Positions 1-13,500 of a stretch of DNA of 64,000 nt are shown piece by piece. The position numbers were made by a program, and so were the translations under genes. Origin of the DNA: Vermamoeba vermiformis (lineage: Eukaryota); assembly GCA_045837725.1 (NCBI GenBank), contig JBEWZL010000102.1:248001-312000 (forward strand), given 5' to 3'. Within the stretch, counting starts at the first letter, position 1. Each line of letters begins with the position of its first letter. Under the pieces are notes generated by a model, which saw only the letters and a program-made list of their open reading frames with translations, searched no databases and was not told the DNA's origin.

Positions 1-192
1 TTGGATGGTAGATTGGATGGGCGTGTTAGTCGTGCGCAATGTGTTGGGTGTTACTGGCTGATAGAACGAAGCTGATTCGTTGGTGTATAATAATATGCTG
101 GAGTACATTTGGAGCTCTGCTGTGGTTGACTTCAACGCGATCTGACAGGACAATGATTATTTGTTTTGCAGCCACAGATACACGAACACAAT

Positions 193-647
193 ATGGATTC
201 AGATGGAATTGGCAAGCCCCCTGGTCTACCTTCACGATATCGTAATAGACCGCCTAACTTGAAGTTTTTGCGTCAAAATCCGTGTTTGAAACAGTGGATT
301 ATGTTGATCGAATGCTACACTGTTAATAGTTATGCAAACAAGCCTTGTTTGAAGGAATTATTGGCATTTGAAGGATGTTCAGCAAATATGGTGCGTATTC
401 AATGATAACTAAGCTCAGCAATAATTTTGGAGTATTTTTCGATAATTATTTTCATTATTTAATTTTACAACACTCTACTTGCCAACATTCAATTTATTCA
501 AAAGTTTATTAATATTATCTAATTTAAATTAATGCGATGTGCTATTAACGAGCGGATCTACAGAAAAGTGCCAAGCAACGCATTGCCTCAACACGTTATC
601 ACATGAAGCGATTGGTGAAAGAAGCAGCGCGTCTAGTGCCTAAATAA
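193..647 (+). CDS. Twin-Cx9C (CHCH) protein, probable mitoribosomal mS37 (MRP10/CHCHD1-like)
   Basis: CLKQWIMLIEC-x10-CLKELLAFEGC twin Cx9C. Intron 391-563 (GTGCGT..CTACAG) joins KSAKQRIASTRYHMKRLVKEAARLVPK*. An acceptor at 171 means an upstream exon may exist. Confidence 0.7.
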
Positions 648-805
648 TACTACAGTTATGCAAGAATATATATATAAATAAGCGGTTAATATGTACGATG
701 CAGAGTGTTTATTATATTACAGATGCAGTGAGGCCGAGTACACGCAGACAACAGCTCTCTATTCTACAGTCATATATACTGGACCGCGTGCTATTCACAA
801 GAGGT

Positions 806-2045
806 TCAAGCGGTGGAAGAGATGAACGAGTCGAAGTGTTTCTTTGCGATCTTGATGTTCACCAGTGTGGCGGCAGGCTCTGACAATAGCGATCAGTACA
901 CTATATATATATATATGCAGCATGGAGGACGAACAACAACGTACGAATAGAGGGGTCGGTGATGATGACCATGACGTAGGTGTTGGTGGTGAACTCATCA
1001 ATGTAGGCCGCAAAAGCGCTGTTCTTGACCTCCATGGCCTGGAACTGTGCCTGCGACTTGCTGCAGCTGAGCTTGAACTGCTTGATGATGTTCGATATCT
1101 TCTCGAACCGGTGCGGATCTTTCACCGAACCACTCCCGCTGCTGTGCGATATCACCAGGAAGGTCGCTTTCTCGAACAGCACCACCTCCTCGGCCTCACA
1201 TATGCGACGGAACTTGTCCAAGCGCTTCTCCACGAGTTTGACATTCGGGATCAGACTGTACACGATCGAGCTCCACGCGCGGTACAGTGTCTCGTCCCAG
1301 ATGGAGGTCCTGAAACAGCTCGCTTTCTGCGGCAGTGTGAGTTCGCGCACCTCGTTCTCTTTGGCTTTGAACACTGCATCGCGCTGCTCCTCGGGCACCA
1401 GATCCATCTTGTGGATGAGACAGAAGATCTTGGCGTCCTTGGAGTTCTGTCTGATGGCCTCGACGCACTGCTTGTAGTACTTGACGTCCTTGTCGACCTC
1501 TTTGCTGTCAATGTCGAATACGTAGACCAACACCTCGACGTTGCGGAAGATGTGATCGCGCTGCGAGGCGAAGTAGTTCTCCATGAACGAGTCTTGGCTG
1601 TCACAGGCGAGGTCAGACACGCGTCATGTGCAGTGCTAATATACAATATTGCGGTATTAAGTTGTGCTTACCCTCCGCAGTCCCACAGATTCAGCACGAG
1701 ATTGCCGAGAAATCGCACGTGTGAGTGCTCCACATCCACTGTCAGCCACGGTCAATAATTGCAGGGTAATGTATTGTCGCGATATACTTACATGTAGCAC
1801 CTAATCTCATCGTGTCTCGTGCTAAAATAGATTGCAGATCAGCACAAAGCAACACAATAAAATAATAAAATAAATTATAATTTCCCAACTTGTCTATTAG
1901 TAATGAGCCATACCAATATAATTCGCAAAAATAATGCTGCGCATTGATGTTTTGCCGCTACCGCTTTTACCCATGAGCAAGACCTTCAATAACAACGAGT
2001 CAGATCTTGATCAGATCCACTTGTTCCACTTACTTTTCGCTTCAT
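806..2045 (-). CDS. RRAGA: Rag GTPase A/B (Gtr1 family)
   Basis: Spliced [67 protein letters not shown]. Confidence 0.97.
902..916. repeat. (TA)n microsatellite in last RagA intron
   Basis: tatatatatatatat read directly. Confidence 0.8.
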
Positions 2046-2166
2046 TGTGTCTGACTTGTAATCAATACCGATACTATTATGACAGTTATTGCACGATGAT
2101 GTGCCGTGAAGCAGACAAACAAATAAAATAAGACCCTGATCAGAATCAGAAACTCAAGACCCGCGA

Positions 2167-4790
2167 ATGACAGACAAGAGTTCCAACACCAGCACGAGTG
2201 CATTTGAGGACTGGAGACACTACAGGGATGTCAAGACTGCCAAGCTTCAACAGCAGTATGGCACTCCGAGTGGTGCGAGCACATCCAAAGTGTTTGAAGG
2301 CACTGTCGCCTTCATCTCACCTTCAGTGACGCATATACGCACTAATAAGGAGACTGGTCGCGAAGAGCGATTTGATCAAAAAGATTTGTTGCGCTTGTAT
2401 TCGCAGTAAGTGTAATTTATTTTTTAAATTCAGATTCGCAGAATAATTAATTCGAATAACTCATTGCAACCAGACATGGCGGTACAATCTCCATGTCGCT
2501 CGATGCATCGGTGACGCACTACATTGGAGACTCGATCCCCATCTCGTTGAAGCGACAACTGAACGACTCCACACGCCCTCTGCGCGTCCAACTGCTGAGT
2601 GCGGAGTGGCTGTTCGACTCGATTCAGCGCCAGGCACGTGCTCCAGTGCTGGTCCACTCGCTCACTCGACCCAAGGGCATGGCGACCAGTGCTGAGAATC
2701 CTAACTTTGTCGCGGGTGCGTAACACGTGAAGTGTTCTATATTTAGCACCTATTCATGAACCATTAGACTACTTGAAGAGCTCACGTCTGCACAAATTGT
2801 CCACGTGGAAGGCCGAGCTGACCGAGTCCCTCACACGCCACGTGCCACCAGTGTCCCCCGACAAGTCTGCTGGCACACGCATTTACGCGTACCTTGATAT
2901 GGACCAATTCTTCTGCGCGGTGTCGCTCCGCACCCGACCTGAACTCAAAGACCGGCCTGGTAAGTACGACAGTTGACACCTGTCACACTCACACCTGCAT
3001 CAGTGGCCGTCACGCACGGAGGTCAGCGCGGCGTGTGCGCAAGTGTCAATTACAAGGTACGTCACGTGCTCTGATTGGTGGCTGCTCACAGCTATATTTA
3101 GGCACGACAGTACGGCGTGGAGAATGGCAGTTGGCTGGGTGACGCGGAGAAAAAATGTCCCGCGCTGGTGACACTGCCGTACGACTTTGAGGCCTACGAG
3201 TCCGTGGCACGGCAGGTACTCGATCTCGTGCGATCTCGCGTGTCACGTGTCAAAGTGCTGAGCTGCGATGAGTGTCTGGTTGACATCTCGCACACCGGTG
3301 GCATTGATCAGGCGGAACAACTCGTCGGAGAATTGCGCCAAGCCATATATGGCAAGTGCATGGCAATAACAGTGCATGAGCTAATTATAGCCTCTAGACA
3401 GCACACAATGCACGTGCAGTGCGGGTATTGGGACCTCACCGCTGCTGGCACTCTTTGCGCTGAGGTAACTAAGTTATCACTTCCATAAAAGGAAATACTA
3501 ACGCATTGCTCATTGCAGACAAGCCAAGTGTAAGTGTTGAAATAGTTGCAAAGCTTAACTTTATGTAACTGACACGTGTCACAGTGCAAGGGCCCGATCA
3601 CCAATTCACCGCGCCACTCAACGCCGAACAACTCGGTGAGTGGTTGAAGCCACTGCCATGTGATTGGCTGCCAAGAATAGGACGGACCAATCGCGTCAAG
3701 CTCGAGTCATTGCACGCGCGGACACTGCGAGATCTGCAACGCGTGGCACTCGACGATCTGCGGCGCGTGTTCGGCGTGAATGAAGGACTGCGCTTGCACG
3801 AGGCCTGTCGCGGCATTGATCGCAATCAGCACCACGCCTTTGAGGTACTGCACGAGTGATCACGTGCCACTGAACTCACACGCGTCGTTGTTTCACAGAA
3901 CGAGCCCAAGAAGTCGGTGACACTCTCCGTCACGTATGGCGTGCGATTCAACGAGCAGCAAGAGGAGCAGTTTCAGGCCTTTCTGCGCGACATGGTGCGC
4001 GAGGTGTGTCAACGACTGACACGGGCCAATGTGCGAGCACGTGCCCTGGGCATGGTGATCTATCGTCGCGATGACAGTCCAGGCCACGTGATTGATGCGC
4101 AAGAAGAGTCTGAAGGCAGTCAGAGCGCAGACTCAGCCGAAGAGGACGAGGTCCGTGCAGTGCAGTCACGTGTCCCATCGAGCTATCTCGGTCACGGGCG
4201 ATGCACGCAAGTCAAGGCCGCCAAGCAGCTGCGCACGGCGAGCAGTGATGCGGAACAACTGTTGCAGGAGTGGTTGACACTGTGGCGTGACGCACAGGTG
4301 TCATTGAGTGACCTGCGCGGTGTCGTGCTCAAAGCACACAAGTTCGAAGTCAACAAGCACGGCCAGTCACCAATCAGTCCGCGCAGTCGCTCGATTGCGG
4401 ACTATTTCAAGCCACAATCTCCCACAAAGGTGACTGCTGAACTAACACGTGATCCGATATTTGCAGAGGAGTCGAGTGATGACGTGCTGTCAGTGTTCCG
4501 CGAGTGGTTGGAACAGCGCAGTGAGCTGTCGCAGCTCGATGTCGAGTTGTTGCAGCAGTACTTGCACCACCTCATCGTGTTCGAGCACAATCTCGCTGCT
4601 GTGGTTACACTGCTCAATCTCCTCAAACGGCAAGTCCGCTGCACTCGAATCACGTGACACATCGACTGACATGTTTGACAGCAAATCACGTGCCAAGCCC
4701 AGTTGGGACTCACCCGTGACAGCGCTGGTGACACGTGTGCAGCAGACAGTGCAGAGTCGCTACCAGTCGCAGCTCGTGCTAGCAGACTAG
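2167..4790 (+). CDS. REV1: REV1 Y-family deoxycytidyl transferase
   Basis: N-terminal BRCT-like region, SRLHKLSTWK N-digit, YLDMDQFF, SCDE catalytic motif, YLGHG, C-terminal W..VQ....Y Rev1 CTD. Multi-exon. Confidence 0.93.
3352..3397 (+). other. GC-AG intron (REV1)
   Basis: TATG|GCAAGT..CTAAT..CTCTAG|ACAGC restores YDSTQCTCSAGIG. Confidence 0.75.
4630..4681 (+). other. GC-AG intron (REV1)
   Basis: AAACG|GCAAGT..CTGAC..TGACAG|CAAA restores the frame into the Rev1 CTD. Confidence 0.8.
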
Positions 4791-6071
4791 TCCGCACGCA
4801 GCGTCAGTTCAGGGGCCAGTGCGCGCCACTTAAGTGCTGCCTGGGCCTGGTCGAGGGTGCGATCTGTGACAGCAATCACGAGACAGTAGTGCGCTTGTAT
4901 CAGGTACCACTCCTCCAACTCGTCGAAGAGCTCAATCTTCTCCACACTGCGGCAGCATCAGTATCGCCCATATAGAGAGTGCAGGCTCGTCTTACCGCGC
5001 ATTCTCAGCTGGATCCAGCAGTCGCTCGTACACTTGGTTCATATCTCCGACAATCACGTGACTCCAACCACGGTTCATGAATCGTGTGCGCTGATGTTCA
5101 GCTGTGGGATAGCTCTCCACACTCAGCAGTGGTGTGCCGCGACCCTGGTGGTGTACTTTAGCACGCTACACTCAGCAGATGCAGACTGTTACTTACGGAG
5201 AGATTTTTCAACATTTGTTTGCCGAATGGATCGTGCGGCAATATCTGCTCGTACACTACCATAGTCGCTGTCGTAAATTGCATGCTCAAGAACTGAATGA
5301 GTGCATCTGAGTCTCGTGGCGGCAAGTAGACCAGTACACATTCGCTCAAGATGATTGTTGGCTTGCTGATAGATCTCCTATTAGCAACACTAGTATAATT
5401 AATAAAGAACAATTACCTGTAGTCTAAACCAGTAGCATCTAATTTCTGTTTGACAGCATCCAAGTCACGCAAATCAATGACACCCAAATAATAGTCCTTA
5501 GCGCGCACCTCGCCATTGCCAGCGAATGAAAGCTCTTCAAATAGTTGTTGCAGAGGCTTTTGACGTCGTAACAGCGCGGCTTTGTTGAGCACCACTGTCT
5601 GGAAGTCTAACTCAACGTACTTGCTGAAGGTAATGCCTTGTGACTGCGTACGATGAATTAAGACTATGACCGAGTTTAGTACGCAACTTACCTTGAAATG
5701 AAAGTAATTGGTGTCAAATCCAGCACCAAGAGAAAGTACTTGACATCCGCCGAGAGAATGGAACCGGGTAATTAATCTGCGAATGGCAGATACTCTAGAA
5801 TAATAGCCTGTAACGGGGCGATTAGAAATACACGTAATTTGGGTTGGTTTGACAAGATTACCTCGGTTGATCAACGGTGGTCTTCGCGGTGCATTTTTGG
5901 CGAAGTACTTGACGAAATTGTCGTTAAAATAGCCCAGTTGCACTGCGGAGCTATTAAACAAATTTTTAGCAATTAAAAAATTCAAAGGGCGATCGAGTTT
6001 ACGTACACTTTGCAGGTGGTAGCGTCATCATTCGTAGAAATGACAGCATCGTCGTCACTGATATCGGTCAT
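4787..6071 (-). CDS. LCMT1: Leucine carboxyl methyltransferase 1 (PPM1)
   Basis: TNDDA, PLINRGYY, LSLGAGFDT, SECVLVYL, YEQI..DPFGKQM, ELFDELEEW..AHY. Confidence 0.95.
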
Positions 6072-6287
6072 GATTAAATAAGCTCTCCCCCAATCAACCA
6101 GTCAATGTGGATAGATAAGGGACGAATTGTAAATTTTTTGTGCCGGTTTTTTCTTCGGTCAAATTTCGCGGCTAGAATTAGAACCAAACATTGTTTTAAC
6201 TCAGCTCATTCGCGAACAACACTTGAGAGCTGTTTATGTACTAGTCAATCAACGACTCCAAGTACCTATATCAGTACATTTATCGCC

Positions 6288-9200
6288 ATGAGCCATCCGA
6301 ACCATTTTACTGGCAGTAACCTTCCCACCGAAGGCTATCCTCCTTTCACCGGACAACCACCTCTGTAGTACGTAGTTGCGCTCGTGTAATAGTGCAGTCA
6401 ATATTTCAGCGACAAGTATTTTTTTTAAATTATTTTCCAGGGATGTCAATCTCTGATCCTTCCGAAAGTTGAGAACTCTGTCGCAAATCAATATTAATCT
6501 CTTTTAAAAATTAATCTCGCAATACTTCTAGCATTGGCTTTCGATTGAATAGCACTTTCATTTGTTAACCCTCCCTAATCTGGCAAACCTAACTAATCAC
6601 CACTTTAGTGCCGCAGCAGGCGTACCGCCCTTCATGGGCGCACACCCCACACAACAAGTGTTGTTGCCCCCCGCGCAGTCACTGCCACCTGGCACAGCTG
6701 TTCTACCGCAACCCGGTGGGTTCCCGACGCCACAAAAAGACAAGCTCGAGAGTGCCTTAGACTTCTTAGAGCAAGTCAAAGCCGTGTTTGAACATCGCCT
6801 GGAGGTTTATAATCAATTTTTGGATATTATGAAGGAGTTCAAAGCGCACTCGTAAGTTTCAAAGTTTATCATGAAACACAAAAAGTCCCGCGATCCAACT
6901 TCCGACATCGAAAATATAATTATTATCGTGTCGAAAGAGGCTGTCGGGGTAATCGCTTTGGTCATCGGACTTGATCTGCAGCGAATATTTTTCATCGCCA
7001 AACCGGCAGGCGATATGACAATTTTAGAGAATCACGTGCCACATTAATAATTTGTGAAATTTCCTGCTGATCGGTTTGCCTTAGGATTGATACTCCGGGA
7101 GTCATTGCTCGCGTCAAGGAACTGTTCAAGGGTCACCCTAAGCTGATTTTTGGTTTCAATACTTTCTTGCCTCCTGGCTACAAGATCGATCTGGCCGAAG
7201 TTGAGGCCGAAGAAGAGCAACGCAAGCGACAAGAGCAACAGAAACAAGCCTCGGCTGCCAAGGGTGAGGCATGGGACGCGCAATCAGCCGCCGCGCAAAA
7301 GAAATACCCCGAAGAGTTCGATCAAGCCCGCAACTACGTGCGCAAGATCAAGGTCCGCTTCGAGTATCAGCCACACATCTACAAGGCCTTCTTAGAGATA
7401 CTGCACACCTACCACAACAAACAACACACAATCCAAGAAGTGTACCAACAAGTGGCTCGTCTATTTAAAGACAATCCAGATCTGCTCGAAGAATTCAAAC
7501 AGTTCTTGCCAGATCCAGCCAATCAAAAGCGTGAGACTGCAGCCCCAGCATCGCAACCTACCGCCGCTGCAGCTGTGACGAACAACAACTTGCAGGGTCC
7601 GCGCAGCAATCGCAGCACTCGCAGCAATCCCCCGCGCAGTGCCATTGCCAGTCAAACTGCTGCCGCTAGTGAGGTACGTTGCACATAACGCTTATTGTCG
7701 CACACTATATATTCATCTACCACAAGCAACAGCCCTCGCGTCGTCCAACACGTGATCGCAGTACACGTGGCGATGACGCGTCCAAGTCGCGCATTGACGG
7801 TTCGTACGGCACATTCACCGAACACAGCTACTTCTTCCGCATCAAATCGTACTTGGGACCCAAGCGCTACCCTGAATTCCTCAAGTGCCTCACGCTGTTC
7901 AATCAAGAGATCATCACCAAGTACGAACTCGTGCTCTTGGCGCGTGATCTGTTGCGCGGCGAGTACGAGCTGTTGAACTGGTTCAAAGAGTTTGTCGGAC
8001 TGGAGGACGAAGAGCTCTCCGAGGACGAGGGCGGCTTCAGCTTGGCAGAACTCGATCTCAGCAACAGCGAGCAGTGCACGCCCAGCTACAGAGCATTGCC
8101 CGAGAAGTACCGCGTGGCCAAGTGCTCTGGTCGCACGCGTCTGTGTGCCTCCGTGCTGAATGACACGTGGATTTCAGTGCCGATTGGCAGCGAGGACGGC
8201 ACATTCAAGAACTCGCGCAAGAATCAGTACGAAGAGCTGTTGTTCAAGTGCGAGGACGATCGCTATGAATTCGATCTGCTGATTGAGAACAACACCTCCA
8301 CCATCAAGTGCGTAGTAGTAGTCTCTTGTAGTCAGTCATTATAGCAGTCACTCATTACATTACTAGGGCCCTCGAGTCGCTGTTGCGCAAGATCAAGACG
8401 CTTACCCCCGAAGAGATCAATTCCTACGAACTCAGCGACAAGGACGAGCTCGAACAGCTGCAGTACAAGGCCATCAAGAAGGTGTACGGCACGCGCGGCA
8501 AAGAGATGGTTGACTCGCTCAAGAAGTACCCTGCAGTCGCCATTCCCGTCGTGTTGGCGCGTCTGAAGCAGAAAGACATTGAGTGGAGCAAAGCCAAGCG
8601 CGAGTGGAACAAGGTGTGGCGTCAGATCAACGAGCGCAACTACCACAAGTCGCTCGATCACATGGGCAGCTTCTTCAAGCAAGACGAGAAGAAGTTCCTC
8701 TCGCCCAAGACACTGCTGCAAGATGTCGCCAAGGCCATGGATCCGAGCTCTGCCGTGCCCTCACAGCTCAACTTTGAGTTCAAACACTCACACATCTTTG
8801 ACGACATTAAGCGACTGATGCAAGTCACATTTGAGAAGAGCATTGGACGCACTGATCGCGAGAAGGCAGACAAACTCGTAAAACAAGTGTTCAGTGAACT
8901 GTTTTCACTGAATCCTCATCGCGTTGAAGACAGTGCCAGTGACGTCAAGCCGCTGAACACAGCCGGTACATCCTCCACGAACACATCGCGCATTGTGTTC
9001 TTAGGCAATGACAACCAATACCTGTTGTTCCGCTACATTCAAGTGCTCTATCAGCGACTAGAACGCGCGCGTGAGATGTCAGCGATCCCGCTCAATCAGT
9101 CGGGCAATTGGAGTGTGATGAAGGACGTCGAGAACGGCACCACGAGCAACATTGTGTCGATCAAGACCGATGAGCGCATGGAAGTTGACAGCACGCGCGA

Positions 9201-10211
9201 GCTAGCTGTGGGCACGACCATGCTGTCCAATGTGCCCGTGGTGCAGCCCTTGGACGAAGAACAGACCATGCAGCGCTACAACAAGTTCATGGACGAGCTG
9301 GTCAAGTTGATCAGCGGTGCCGTGGAGCAGGGGCAGTTTGAAGACGAGGCTCGTCTCGCACTCGGCACTGGCTCCTTCATGCTCTTCACGCTCGATAAGG
9401 TCGTCGGCTACCTCTGCAAACAAGTGCACGTCGTGCTCGGAGATGCGCAAGCAGATCAGCTGCTCGGTCTGTACAACTACGAGTTTGCACGCACGCAAGA
9501 GGGCAATGCCAACGAGCAAGTCTACATCAACAATGCAGCACAACTGTTGCAGAATGGTCGCTGCTACTTGTTTGCCTTTGAAGTCGTAAGTCACTGCGCC
9601 GAATACTTGACACGTGTCAACTCACACATCTTTCACAGAACGCGTCAGTGCTGCACTTGACCATCGAGTACATCTCGCTGGAGAGCGGTAAGGCCACTAA
9701 AGTAGAAGTCAAGCCACTGCCTTCAAACGACAACAGTGGTGCTGGATCTGGTGCTGGCAACAACAACAACAACACCACTGGCTCCAACAACAATGGCAAT
9801 GCACCTTCAGGCCCTAGCAATGGCTCACCGAACTCTTCGGGTGGCAACTCCAGTCCTAGTGGCAATGGCAGCATGCTACCTGCCAGCACACTCAGCTACA
9901 ATGCACGCGAGCTCGAGCAGTGGTCACGCTACACCAATCAGCTGCTGCTCGCTGATCACCCGCACCACATCATCACACACCTGTTCTTGAACAGAAATCT
10001 CAAGAAGAATAAGAAGAACATCGACAAGGTGTTTACGAACATTCAAGTGCACAACGATCTGGGCTCGATGATTGACGTGCGCACACTCAAGACGCGCTAT
10101 GTCGAGCACACAGAGGACTGGTTCTATCGACCCAAGAGCGCTGAACGCGCCGCTCGTGCTGGCACTAAGCGTTCATTCTCACCATCGCTGTTCAACAAGA
10201 TGAAGAGCTGA
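6288..10211 (+). CDS. SIN3: SIN3 corepressor (PAH domains, HID, Sin3_C)
   Basis: [62 protein letters not shown]. Confidence 0.96.
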
Positions 10212-10339
10212 GGCGCTTAGAAACACCCAATATTGTTCATATTTTAGAGATTGTAAATCTTACATTGTAATAAATTTCATGCCTTTATGTGCAAAACTAG
10301 TACACACGGAATCTGTTCAAACAGTTTTCATGGCATGAT

Positions 10340-10490
10340 AGTACTGCTTCTTGTTTGGAGGACCCCGATCTCCAGATGAGTCCCGCTTAGCAAACAACAC
10401 TCCTGAGCAGGAGTGGCGGCGAGACCGAGACTTGTTGTTGAGCAGCGGCCAGGGGGGACGGGGACACCGGGTGAAGTGTGACGCTGTTGA
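10340..10490 (+). ncRNA. Candidate structured RNA, unassigned
   Basis: GC-rich island between convergent SIN3 and SF3B3 with nested complementary segments. Confidence 0.3.
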
Positions 10491-10560
10491 GTGTTTGTAT
10501 TTTAGCACTATTGCAAATTCATTTTTATTATTTACTAGTCTCACAAATATTATGACTGCC

Positions 10561-13500
10561 CTACACAGCATTGCGAATGTCTTCAACCTTCTTTTGTACC
10601 TCTTGCACTGTGCGCACAAAGTCCTCCGCAATCTTACGCTGCTTGTCCATGTCGAGGGTCGGGAACTGTTCGCACAAGTCACCGTCCACAACACTCTTCA
10701 CGGGGTTGTAGTAGCCTCTGAAGGCCAAGTGATCGCGGCCACAGAGCGGTGTATTCTCTTGTCGCAAGTGCATTTCCAGCTTGGAGAAGACATCAACGTC
10801 CTCGCGCGATGAGAATGGCAACAAAGCACCAATCGTGCCGCTGATTGTGGTGTACAAAATGAGTTCTGAACCACCGGGCGTCAAACTGGTCTTGGTGACT
10901 TTAGTGACCGCTTCACCGACGAAGTAATGTGCCACCAATTCGAGCTTGTATTGCGCTCCATTCATGTTGCCAATCTCCCAGAATCGACTGCCATTAGGAT
11001 CGTTGTCAACTTCTTCGCCGACCTTCTCGGGCAATCGGAGCACAAAGATATTTCCGAATTTGTCACCGCCAACAATCGTGTCGTAGTCGAGCACGTCAAA
11101 TGTAGACATCCAGCGAGGCACGGGGTCATCAGCAAAGATGAAGAAGCTGTTCTCGGGCTTGGAGTACTTGGCAAACAACACGGAGTCTTGCACATCACCT
11201 ACAATGATGCGACTGCCCTGCACAGCGAGAGAGACAATCTGATTGGGGAAGCTCTTGTTCTCGGCCTTCTTCAACAAGCGCTTCTTGCCCAAGTCGTAGA
11301 GGCGCAGCGCTTTGCCGGCACCAACGAGCAGACGACCTTGGAAGCCGTGAATAGCACCAGGCATGTCATCAACTTGCGTCTTGTGCAAGAGTGTCAAACG
11401 ACGACCTTGATCAGTGACACGATAGACGTGCACAAACGCTGCAGAGAACTGACGTTGAGGCTCGTAGACGAGGTCCTTGACAGTTCCAACGCAGAGGAAC
11501 AATTCACCTTCACGGTCGTGGAAGCCGCACAAGCACATGCACAGTGCAGCCTCGTTGTCTTCTAACTCGACGAGATCAAGTGTTCTGTTCTGTGTGGCAT
11601 CAAATAGACGCAAGCACGAGGCCCAGCGACCCTTGCCAGCACGGTAGTCAATGATCTGATCGAGTTCCAAGGGCAGTGGCGGCATTTGTTGCTCGCCTTC
11701 AACCTCCATTTCATCTTCTTTCTTGACTTTGATCTCTGGATGCAATTGGTTCTTGAAGTTCTCGCGGTCAAAGTGCGAGTACGCGTTGTGATCGGTCTCG
11801 AGGATGATCAAGTTGTTCGAGGACGGGTGCACTTCAAATTTGCGTGGTGTGTAGCGCAGAGGGACCTCGCTCTGATTGAATGTGTCGTCCAAGCGATCGA
11901 GTGTGAAAATTCGCACCACATCACGTGAGATGCACACCACACCTTCAGCGCACTGTTCGGAGCTGAAGCTGGAGGCGTGCTCGACTGGGACATAAGAGAG
12001 CGGTGCAGTGTGCAGTCTGCCCTGATTGGTGTACATGACCCAAGTGCGCGAGGACAGCGCGAGAATTGCGCTAGTGCCCTTGACAACAGTCTTGACCAAC
12101 TTGACTGGCTTGGCGCCCAAGAGACGAGTGCGTGCATCGGTGATTTGACCGGAGACTGAATCGATTGTGGCGCGAATGAGCAGACCGTTGACAGTACCCA
12201 CCGCGAGAGTGAGCGTGTTCTGCGAGGTACCAGTCCAGGCCATGCACAGTGAACGCGCACGTGCTGGCAGAACTTGCGTGGCAATGGCTGCTAGTCCACC
12301 CGTGTTGCCGAGTGTGATGCCAGCAGTCAAAGTCTGACCAGTCAAGCTGTACAGTCTGACGCGGCCCTCAGGGTCAGCAGCAGCGACGAATTGTGCGCGA
12401 ATGCTGCCAGCTTGGAGCGGTGCAATTTCAAGGGCAACAATTTCACGGCCCAGATTGTACTTGTCAATCTCCGCCAGAGCACCGCTAGCATCGATCTCAA
12501 AGTAGAACATTTCACCGCCAGGACAGCCAATCACGACTTGTTGCTGATTGAGCGAGGCGTGAGTGATCTTCTTGCCGCTAGGAGGGCGCCACTCTTGAAT
12601 GCGCTTGTCTGCGCGGATGTGACGAATGCCGTCAGGGTGTACTTGCACCAAGGAGTCGTCGCCCACCAGACCCGCAGCGAGTGTTTGAGCAGTGCCCAGA
12701 AAGCCGCTGTCTTGCACTTCTTCAACGGTGTCACCAATTGCGAGCACGAGTGTGGCATTGGCGAATGAGACGAGAATGTATTTGTCGTGCGCATCTGCAA
12801 TGCAAATTAGTGTCTGACAACAGAATTGCACTTAGCAAGTACGTACCAGCAGCGTTCTTCTTGACCGTGATGATGGCAGTAGGGGTGCCAGGCAGGGTAG
12901 CGGGAGTGGTGCCAATCTCATTCGGCGCAATGCCACTGCGCAGAACACGCATCGAAGCGTGTTTGCCACGACCACTGAGCGTGTAGATTTGAGGCGTTTC
13001 TTCGCGCAACAAATTGAGCACTTTGGCGTCAGTGATGGGCGCGATGTTTTGAATCTCGTCAATGAGCACTAAGTTCTGCAGAGCACGGGGCTTGAAATAG
13101 ACATCAGGGTCATTGGGCACGCGATAAGTGCGGTCCTCGTCGTCATCACCGAGCGATTGGAACTGATAGAGCATGTGATTGCCTGCCTCGGCTGCTGCAA
13201 AGAGAAAACCAGTCTTGAAGACGCAGAGCGAGGTCGACACAGGGCAAGTGTCAAAGTACTTGATGTTGACAGCCTCGACAACATCTGCCTTGTAGGTGAG
13301 TGTAATCTTGAAGAGATCACCGAGCTCAGTCTGTGCCAGGACGAGGAACAGATCTTTTTGTTTGTGTGTGCCGTAACTGACAATCATCGTGCCTTGTTTA
13401 TCTCCAAAGACTTGTCTGCGAGGGATTTTAGCGACCACTTGAGGTCTGTTCATATTTCTCCACGTGATCGTGTCTGCTGAACACACGAGCACTCCACCAG

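Noticed and set aside
5041-5100. Possible frameshift in LCMT1
   Set aside because: Re-reading gives the continuous frame FMNRGWSHVIVGDMN.
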